From the sequence record OQ973471.1: a stretch of 64,000 nucleotides of DNA; one strand, written 5' to 3'. The translations under genes and the position numbers were made by a program. The notes under the pieces are model-generated. The model was given only the letters and a program-made list of their open reading frames with translations, had not been told where the DNA came from and ran no database searches. Shown one piece after another: positions 10,392-17,494 of this stretch. The DNA is from Escherichia phage AV101. Within the stretch, counting starts at the first letter, position 1; each line of letters starts with the position of its first letter.

Positions 10392-10400
10392 AATGACCTC

Positions 10401-11012
10401 TTAAATCGCTGGTCTCTGGAACACTTCGGTCACAGTATAGTCTACACCACGACTTTGAGCTATACACAGTTGACGCCAAGCCCCATACAGGATATTCTGT
10501 TCCCCAGCCATGTTGCGCTCAAAGTGGGCGAAGCCGTCGAGGAGTTCCATGTAGCTGCGCATATGCCGGGTAATGGTTCTTCCTCTCTTGATCTGTTCAT
10601 CAAGGTACTTCTGATAATGCTCTGGTGATGACAATAAAGAGTACTTCATGTCTGGCACATGAACTGGCATCAGGGACTTGCGGGGTGTGAAATAGAACAG
10701 CCCCCACTTCGGCGGTAGGTCTTCAACCCTGATCACGTCCTGAGGGCAGACATAAAAGCGGTATGCGCCCATGCCCGTCGTCGGATCCATGCGATGAGGC
10801 TTCTTCTTGTCGGTAAGGAAATCAGAGCGAGACACCTTCACTTCCATCAGGATAGAGCAACCGCCGGAACGGAACCCGATGGCATCAGGTGATTCTTTGT
10901 TGTCAAACGAATTTGGCTCGATGAAGACAGCGCCGCAGTTCATGCGACCGCGCAGGTAGTTGGCCGCGATCTCACATCCTTCGCGGTGTGACGGGATAAA
11001 GATTTTGCTCAT
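10401..11012 (-). CDS. Putative PD-(D/E)xK nuclease (MmcB-like)
   Basis: D...EVKVSRSDF motif; AAGGAAAGGA RBS before ATG at 11012. Confidence 0.4.
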   Translation of the reverse strand: MSKIFIPSHREGCEIAANYLRGRMNCGAVFIEPNSFDNKESPDAIGFRSGGCSILMEVKVSRSDFLTDKKKPHRMDPTTGMGAYRFYVCPQDVIRVEDLPPKWGLFYFTPRKSLMPVHVPDMKYSLLSSPEHYQKYLDEQIKRGRTITRHMRSYMELLDGFAHFERNMAGEQNILYGAWRQLCIAQSRGVDYTVTEVFQRPAI

Positions 11013-11069
11013 TGTCCTTTCCTTTTGGTGAATAATGAGCAAAATTATATGCCTTTATTTCGTATTGAC

Positions 11070-11423
11070 TTACGACAGCTGCTTCAGTTTGTAGATCGTC
11101 TGATAGCACAGTGTCTTGATTTCATCAAGCGTGTTCTGAAGGTGGGAGTCACACTGCTTGTAGATGCCATCGACGTCTATCACCACACTGTTGACATAGG
11201 CAATTGGGTCTGGGTTGTAGAGCTTGATGTTCTCGAATGATGGAACATACTGACCACCCGCACCGATGTATGCTTCGGTAAACGTGTCCAGCAAGTCCTC
11301 TAGATCCCCGTAGAACTCCCCGAGTGCCTTGTGCTTGGCATAGGATGTTGTAACGAAGTGCAAGGCATGAGAGTGGGCTATAGCAAGCAGTCCACGGTTG
11401 ATGAAAATACTCGCATTGACCAT
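11070..11423 (-). CDS. Hypothetical protein
   Basis: 117 aa ORF with GAGGA RBS; upstream terminator hairpin. Confidence 0.4.
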   Translation of the reverse strand: MVNASIFINRGLLAIAHSHALHFVTTSYAKHKALGEFYGDLEDLLDTFTEAYIGAGGQYVPSFENIKLYNPDPIAYVNSVVIDVDGIYKQCDSHLQNTLDEIKTLCYQTIYKLKQLS

Positions 11424-11516
11424 GATGTTGTCCTCAGAAAAAGAAATCCCCCTGTATTTAGGGGGATCCAGTTACAGACCAAGTTCTTTCGTCGTGGCGT
11501 CGTCTAGTGCAACCTC

Positions 11517-12095
11517 CTAGACAGGCTTAACACCGAGGAACTTGGCAATGTCAGCAGCCAGGTTTTTACCCTTGCTGATGTCGTGTTCTTTACCGCCGAC
11601 AGTAACGATAACATACGGGTCATCTTCACCACCGAAGTTCACGGTGATCGCCTTGCCGATGCCAGGGATGCCAGGGATGCCAGAGTATTCGAACTCAGTA
11701 CGACCACTCTTGCGAGACTTGCCAGCACCCAGTGCTTTACCGATCATCTTGTCCATGTTCGCCAGTTCCTGAGCATAGGATTCGGTCACCTGGCCTTTGT
11801 CGGCAGACTTGCCAAAGAAGAATTCGAAGCCGTCATGGACAGCAACGACTTCCTGACCTTGGGAAATACCGTGAGTCTGGTCTGGGGTCAGCTTCACCTT
11901 GATGGTGTTGCCGTTGGTTAACTCCAGGTTGTAGACATCCGCCTGATTGTCAGGAGTGATCTGGGTCACGGTAGCGCCGGAACACCACTGGGTGCCGTCA
12001 GCTTGCTTGGTGATGGATACGGTCTTACCCTGGACACCAGCATGTGTCTGAGGTTTAGCGGCTTGTTCTTTAAAGTATTGAAGGAACGGTTTCAT
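11517..12095 (-). CDS. Hypothetical late protein (possible virion component) with GIPGIPGIG repeat
   Basis: 192 aa; T4-type late promoter TATAAATA 25-32 nt upstream of the ATG. Confidence 0.45.
   Translation of the reverse strand: MKPFLQYFKEQAAKPQTHAGVQGKTVSITKQADGTQWCSGATVTQITPDNQADVYNLELTNGNTIKVKLTPDQTHGISQGQEVVAVHDGFEFFFGKSADKGQVTESYAQELANMDKMIGKALGAGKSRKSGRTEFEYSGIPGIPGIGKAITVNFGGEDDPYVIVTVGGKEHDISKGKNLAADIAKFLGVKPV
11658..11683 (-). repeat. Short in-frame tandem repeat (3 x GATGCCAGG) encoding GIPGIPGI
   Basis: Direct 9-bp repeats inside CDS 11517-12095. Confidence 0.55.
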
Positions 12096-12119
12096 CTTGA
12101 ATCTCCTCGGGATTTCAGT

Positions 12120-12127
12120 TATTTATA
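12120..12127 (-). promoter_or_regulatory. T4-type late promoter TATAAATA (minus strand)
   Basis: Exact TATAAATA on minus strand 25 nt upstream of ATG 12095, directly after a terminator hairpin. Confidence 0.5.
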
Positions 12128-12144
12128 AGCCCCCGAAGGGGCTT
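12127..12144 (-). terminator. Hairpin terminator after the 906-aa gene, abutting a late promoter
   Basis: AAGCCCC-TTCG-GGGGCTT perfect stem. Confidence 0.5.
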
Positions 12145-12151
12145 TAGATGA

Positions 12152-14872
12152 TCAGATTTTAATCTGCATGTTGCCGCCCAGGGACTGCTCATACTCACTG
12201 TATGCGCTCTCCCCGTTGCTTGCAGCCCATTCGTCCGACTGCTGAGCACGAGCCAGAGTCATCAGGTTTGGTTCAGTCGGGTTGTATCCCTTGGACTTCG
12301 CATCCTGATACACGGTCTGCAGGTACTGGTTGGCACGGTCGATCTGCCCTTTGAACTCGCGGAAAGCCCCTTCGGTTGTGTTGCGGCGGAAGGTGATATC
12401 CCAATCGACGTTCAGGGTTTGCCCATCACGGCTTGCATAGATCTGCCAATCCAGGTCGCGACCTTTTGGAGCATTGTCGCGGATGGATCCGGCGTATGTC
12501 GCAAGGTCAACGCCAGTCTTCTTCGCAGTACTCGACTCTTTCTCCAGTCTCTCGGTTTCTTTGGACAGGATACCCAACATAAATTCATTAGTGCGGCGAT
12601 CCGCCATGTCGTACCCGCGCCAAAGGACTGAACCGTTGTCGTCAACAGAAATGTCGTCCAAGAATACTTGTTTCGGATTATGCGACGTGCTTTTCAGAGT
12701 TTGCATATTCCGAGATATCATTTCCATTTTAGAAGAAATTTCATCGATCACGGCCTGAACAATATCTTTCTTCAAAGTAAGTTCATATGTCTTCGGATTG
12801 TTCAGGGTACGACCTTTATTGGATACCATAGGCGTGATCGCCACTTTGCCTTTGTCGTAGTAATAGGTCACATTCGTGGTCAATACAGCACCATCATACT
12901 TCCCAGTTTTCGGGAAATTGACGCCAGACCAAGTGATGGACATACCGTTGACAGTCTCACCAAACACCATGGCGTTGCGTGGCATCTTCAGGGTTCCAGA
13001 GTTGACCAGATCAGCGCCTTGGGCATTCAGGTCGATAGAACCATAGATGGCCCCGGTAATACGATCTTTCAGCATCAGGGTCTTGTCGCCCTTCTCTGGG
13101 ATGATTTCCAGCGGGTGCTTGCCACGCGGAGGCTCTTTGATGAGTTCCAGCAGAGCAGTGTTCCCAGGCTTCACACGATTCAGGACAGCGTCGGACACTG
13201 TCAGAGTCCAGTTTGCGGTTTCCACATAACCCCAGCCCCGAGAACGGCGAATGGCTTTGATAGGATATGGAGCGCTTGTTGGCACTGCGCTAATTTCCCA
13301 TTTGCCAGTGTACTGGGTCTTGGCAACCTCAAAGATGGACGCAATTACCGCATTGGCGACGTCACGGGCGCTACCTTTGGCCACGTTCTCCTCTTCAGCA
13401 ATTTCGCTGAAAACTGAGTATTGAACGAAACCAGCGAGGACGTTTGTGAAGTTGACAACGATAACCAACCCGCCTGCCGTCGTGTAACGACCAGCGCCCA
13501 CGCGACGGATGTTTTCACCAGGAAGAATAGAAGTGTCCAGCCCAACGTTGGTATCAATGATACCCAGAACACGAGCGATGAAACCGCTGTCACGTAATTG
13601 ATCAACACTGGTTGCACTCTCGGTCGAATCCGATGCGGATTTAGACACTTTGTTCAACTTGATAGAGACAAGGGTTTCCCCGTTGACACCGATGATATCC
13701 CATTCAGTACCCTGCTCGTTCGAGGTGCGGGCAATCTTGCGCTTTGAATTGATGGCACCTTCGTAACGCCCGTTCTTGACCACAACAGAGGCAGTAGCAG
13801 CATCAGTAGCACTTGCTGCATTTGAAAAGTCTGGGTCAGAAATACTGATGTCGACGTCACCGTTTTGAGAACGCATGCGAACACCGTTTTTGAATCGTTC
13901 CACGTTTACTTCTCGAGCACCAAGTCGTTTGGCATCAATAACAGCAGTTCCAGAACCGATAATGTTGGCTGGGTTATTTCTGTCTGAACTGTTTTGAGAA
14001 CCTTTCCAAAATTTTGTGGACGCCGTGGTGAAATCATTCAGGATACTGATAGGGACTTGCGGTAATTTCAACTGACGAGCAATGAAATCAGCACTTTGCC
14101 CACGCACAGGTTTCTCATTCATGTATGCGCCAACATACACGCCCGGCTCATTGTAGTGGGGAGCGATATTTGCCGTGTTCATGCGGCCTCTCTCCTTACC
14201 AGCCCATAACAACATGGGCTGATCCCCGTTTGAAGTTAATTTCCATCCGTTGGAATTATCAACAGAAGATGACACACCCACATCCGGAGTATTGTTCTGA
14301 ACCGGAACGTCACCGACCTTGTCTGGATCATCCCAGGTGATACCCTGCATCTTCGGACCGTCGAATACCTGAGCCGGATCTTTACCCTTGCGGACCAGCC
14401 ACACATAACCACGGTCAGGGACAGGCGCGTAGGTCAGGTCCATGACATTCAGTTTCTGTTTCAGGCCGGACTGGCGGATGATCTTAGGAATCAGGGTCAT
14501 ACCGCGATCCAGCGCTTTCTTAGAGAAGTTGACAGCAAAGCCATCGATGGTCTTACCCAGAGGAGTCGCCATGAATTGTTTGGTCGCTTCGATCATGGAA
14601 GCGATAACGCGCATTGGGTTCTTGAAGCGAGCGATGGCGTCAGGATAGACGGAGCCGCGCTTCTGGCCGATGAAAACCTGACGAACACTCTTACCCAGCC
14701 CCTGAGGGGTATAGAACTGAATACGGTATTCCTTTTCATCTTCGTCGATGAAGGTGAAGAACACATCGCCTGCGTTCTTCTTGCCCATGGTCAGCTCATA
14801 CGGAGCGGAGTTGAACGCTTCGTCCAACTGATCTCTTTCCTGCATGAACTGGAGGAAACTTAGCTTTGACAT
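12152..14872 (-). CDS. Large hypothetical protein (906 aa), function unknown
   Basis: Long ORF; AGGAG RBS before ATG at 14872; no recognisable catalytic motif. Confidence 0.5.
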   Translation of the reverse strand: MSKLSFLQFMQERDQLDEAFNSAPYELTMGKKNAGDVFFTFIDEDEKEYRIQFYTPQGLGKSVRQVFIGQKRGSVYPDAIARFKNPMRVIASMIEATKQFMATPLGKTIDGFAVNFSKKALDRGMTLIPKIIRQSGLKQKLNVMDLTYAPVPDRGYVWLVRKGKDPAQVFDGPKMQGITWDDPDKVGDVPVQNNTPDVGVSSSVDNSNGWKLTSNGDQPMLLWAGKERGRMNTANIAPHYNEPGVYVGAYMNEKPVRGQSADFIARQLKLPQVPISILNDFTTASTKFWKGSQNSSDRNNPANIIGSGTAVIDAKRLGAREVNVERFKNGVRMRSQNGDVDISISDPDFSNAASATDAATASVVVKNGRYEGAINSKRKIARTSNEQGTEWDIIGVNGETLVSIKLNKVSKSASDSTESATSVDQLRDSGFIARVLGIIDTNVGLDTSILPGENIRRVGAGRYTTAGGLVIVVNFTNVLAGFVQYSVFSEIAEEENVAKGSARDVANAVIASIFEVAKTQYTGKWEISAVPTSAPYPIKAIRRSRGWGYVETANWTLTVSDAVLNRVKPGNTALLELIKEPPRGKHPLEIIPEKGDKTLMLKDRITGAIYGSIDLNAQGADLVNSGTLKMPRNAMVFGETVNGMSITWSGVNFPKTGKYDGAVLTTNVTYYYDKGKVAITPMVSNKGRTLNNPKTYELTLKKDIVQAVIDEISSKMEMISRNMQTLKSTSHNPKQVFLDDISVDDNGSVLWRGYDMADRRTNEFMLGILSKETERLEKESSTAKKTGVDLATYAGSIRDNAPKGRDLDWQIYASRDGQTLNVDWDITFRRNTTEGAFREFKGQIDRANQYLQTVYQDAKSKGYNPTEPNLMTLARAQQSDEWAASNGESAYSEYEQSLGGNMQIKI

Positions 14873-14947
14873 TTTATATCTCCTGATGGAATTATGACGG
14901 TTTCTTCTAATTAGCGAAACCAAAAGAGAGCCGAAGCTCCCCTTATC

Positions 14948-15283
14948 TTATTTTTGAACTTGGGCTACAGACATCGCCCAGAGCGGGAGGGTGTGGGGGT
15001 CCAGGGCTTCCAGTAGATATTCGACGCGCTCTGACATGATACCTTCAGGGAAGTTTACTTCTTCTGGTTCGTTGTTGGCCGTCCAACCCAAGGTCAGTCC
15101 TTCAGCGTGATGGATGATATAAACGAAGTCGCCCGATTCGTAGTCCTTTTCCATCAGGTCGAAGAAATGGAAGATTTCTTCGTCGGAGAAGTAGTAGATG
15201 CGAGGTACAGAGCCGTCAGCAAAGTGCTCAGCACCCTGGAAGGCAAACATGTCATCGGCAGTGAAGTTCTTGAGTTGTGTCAT
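14948..15283 (-). CDS. Hypothetical protein (111 aa)
   Basis: Start at conserved leader GCAGGAACTATATC-ATG; upstream promoter cassette. Confidence 0.45.
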   Translation of the reverse strand: MTQLKNFTADDMFAFQGAEHFADGSVPRIYYFSDEEIFHFFDLMEKDYESGDFVYIIHHAEGLTLGWTANNEPEEVNFPEGIMSERVEYLLEALDPHTLPLWAMSVAQVQK

Positions 15284-15378
15284 GATATAGTTCCTGCTTT
15301 TCAAGTTGGTGTCGTACTGCTTATGGAATGAAGTATAGGGAAGGATATTGAAGAAGTAAAGGGGCGTTTGCCCCTTTT
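15284..15378 (-). promoter_or_regulatory. Terminator - early promoter - conserved leader cassette (PeSL-like)
   Basis: Hairpin AAAGGGGC-AAAC-GCCCCTTT, TTTACT-17nt-TATACT, TTGAAAAGCAGGAACTATATC-ATG. Confidence 0.5.
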
Positions 15379-15389
15379 ATTGAATTATT

Positions 15390-16025
15390 TTACGGCGTTG
15401 TAACCACCGGGATATGAGACCGAATTCCAGCGATGATGTCCTTCAGCTGAGGCTTCCATCCATCCACCAAACGGGGTAGAGCGATAGCACCAGGCTGGAC
15501 CAAAATGATGTCGCTGCCTGTGATATTGTGCTGAGGGAACTGGGCAAGGTACTGCTCCATGGTGACACCCTCATCAATCAGAACCGCACCGACGTCAGAC
15601 GATGCGTAGGTCGCACCCAGACCGTCAACGCCCCATGCCAAGATACCCCAGTCAGGGATGTTGGCTTCAGATGTGATGGTGAATCCAAACACAGTGTTCA
15701 GGGAGGTGAAGGAATAGACATCGTGAGTTATGTCATACACCAGATACCCCTTGGCCAGCATATCGGCAAATATCGCGTCCGTATCGCCAGCAGCCGGAGT
15801 CGGTACAGTAAACAACAGCTCACCCTCAGGAGGAGCAGGATACGTGCCGAGGGCATAGAGGCACCACGCATCGATGCACTTCTTGATAAATGCCTCCGGT
15901 GCGACATAATCAGCAAGGCGAACCGTACCTGAGTACTCTGATACGATAATGCCTTCCTTCGCACCCTGTAGAGCAATGAAGACCAAGATATGTTCATATC
16001 CGGCCTGAGATGGAGTGATGTTCAT
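15390..16025 (-). CDS. Hypothetical protein (211 aa)
   Basis: TAATG stop-start overlap with upstream gene indicates coupled start at 16025. Confidence 0.45.
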   Translation of the reverse strand: MNITPSQAGYEHILVFIALQGAKEGIIVSEYSGTVRLADYVAPEAFIKKCIDAWCLYALGTYPAPPEGELLFTVPTPAAGDTDAIFADMLAKGYLVYDITHDVYSFTSLNTVFGFTITSEANIPDWGILAWGVDGLGATYASSDVGAVLIDEGVTMEQYLAQFPQHNITGSDIILVQPGAIALPRLVDGWKPQLKDIIAGIRSHIPVVTTP

Positions 16026-16639
16026 TATCTTGTCCTCTTCAGTTTCTCTATTGTGTGCCTGTTCATGGCGATCACCTGAGGATCTACCTCGGAGATGGTC
16101 CGGCCTTCGAAGGACACACATTTCTGAAGATATTTAGCTTTCTTCACGACGTCGGCAGCATAAGCGTTCGATGCAGGATTACGGGCGAAGCCAGCATTGT
16201 AAGAGGAGAGGGATTTGCGGATATTCTGATTGTGATAGGTCAGCCAGAACTGCATCTCATCGAGGGCGGCTTGCGCGGCATATTCTTGGTCGGTCAGCAA
16301 CTTTATGGCGACATTGGCATAGCACTTGCGATTCTTACAACCTTCGCGATCACCAACTGTCTTCACCTTGTTCTGAAAGGCTCCCATGTTGGCCGCCTTG
16401 AGGCCGTATCGCATTGACACTACATCTTCGCCAGCGCGGCTCTCACGCCAAGATATGGCGGCCAGAGTGTAGCCAAGATCTTGTGTCTTGCCCACGTGAT
16501 AGGCGGTTGCCATCGTATTAAGTTGTTGCTCAGAGAAATTATAAACACATTGACTTGTATTTTGGGAAGCGTGCACATTCCCGCTGGCAATGGTAAAGGT
16601 CACGGACAAGGCCATGGCCTTCAACGTTGTCATCGTCAT
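16025..16639 (-). CDS. Secreted lytic transglycosylase-like protein (SLT-like, signal peptide)
   Basis: N-terminal signal peptide; motifs WRESRAGED, GAFQ, YNAGF resembling the ES / GLMQ / AYNAG motifs of lytic transglycosylases. Confidence 0.45.
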   Translation of the reverse strand: MTMTTLKAMALSVTFTIASGNVHASQNTSQCVYNFSEQQLNTMATAYHVGKTQDLGYTLAAISWRESRAGEDVVSMRYGLKAANMGAFQNKVKTVGDREGCKNRKCYANVAIKLLTDQEYAAQAALDEMQFWLTYHNQNIRKSLSSYNAGFARNPASNAYAADVVKKAKYLQKCVSFEGRTISEVDPQVIAMNRHTIEKLKRTR

Positions 16640-16735
16640 GATGGCGTTCCTTATGTTTGTCGACTTGCAGCTCGATTGAGCCTCCTGACAGGGGTTAAAA
16701 GATAAAGGGCACGTGATATTTAGTGCCCTTCAGCC

Positions 16736-17020
16736 TCATTCGTAGATGAGGTGGTAGGATTCCTCGATGCACTCCAGCCAGCCGTAGACGAACTGTAGAG
16801 GGTCATCCCATGCCGTCTTGGTCGCGACGGTAAAGTTGCCGTCCAGGATCTGCATATCTTGGTACTTGTTGAAAGCGAGTACAGCATCAACCACAATCAG
16901 GCCACCCTGCTCAAGATAACGATTCGGAGTGACGGTCACTTGGTAATGAGGATTCCTGCGATTCCATATCTCCACAGCAATGTCACAGGATTCCTGAATT
17001 TCATCTTTGTTTTCTGACAT
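16736..17020 (-). CDS. Hypothetical protein
   Basis: 94 aa ORF. Confidence 0.4.
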   Translation of the reverse strand: MSENKDEIQESCDIAVEIWNRRNPHYQVTVTPNRYLEQGGLIVVDAVLAFNKYQDMQILDGNFTVATKTAWDDPLQFVYGWLECIEESYHLIYE

Positions 17021-17331
17021 ACGTTTGTCTCAGATGTTCGGTAAAGGATTTACCCAGCTTGCGGAATAGTTTAATACGACCAATGACTTTGACGTAAACA
17101 TCTCCGTGGCAGGGGCGCGGCTTACACCAGCACCCCAATACCTTCCCGTCAAGATCAAGGAGTTCATCCTCAGTGATATCCCCCTTCAATCAGGCGCACA
17201 TACAGGTCGTCCTCAAACAGTTCGATACAGACGCCTCGTCCATGGTCTTTGACCTCAAACGGGTTTCCCCATTTACCAGGCCGACCAATGTAAACGTCAT
17301 ATGGCTCCTTCTTGAAGTGGACGACTTTCAT
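17001..17331 (-). pseudogene. DUF4326-like gene interrupted by +1 frameshift in a G5 run
   Basis: N-terminal ORF 17170..17331 (MKVVHFKKEPYDVYIGRPGKWGNPF) and C-terminal ORF 17001..17189 (..GCWCKPRPCHGD..) join into one ~110 aa protein if one G of the run at 17180-17184 is removed. Confidence 0.5.
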
Positions 17332-17492
17332 TTCAGGATTTGACCTGCAAGTAGATAACAGAACCAGACAGAGAACCCGAGATACCCCAGTGCTTTCAGG
17401 TAGTTTTTCCTTTCGACTTCACGAGAAAACGCAACGATGTCAATGATGCATGCAAAGACCAGGATTGCGAGTTTAATTTGTTCGTAGTTCAT
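17328..17492 (-). CDS. Small two-helix membrane protein (54 aa), below ORF-track cutoff
   Basis: Hand translation MNYEQIKLAILVFACIIDIVAF...LGYLGFSVWFCYLLAG; stop overlaps start of downstream DUF4326 ORF. Confidence 0.35.
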   Translation of the reverse strand: MNYEQIKLAILVFACIIDIVAFSREVERKNYLKALGYLGFSVWFCYLLAGQILK

Positions 17493-17494
17493 GA

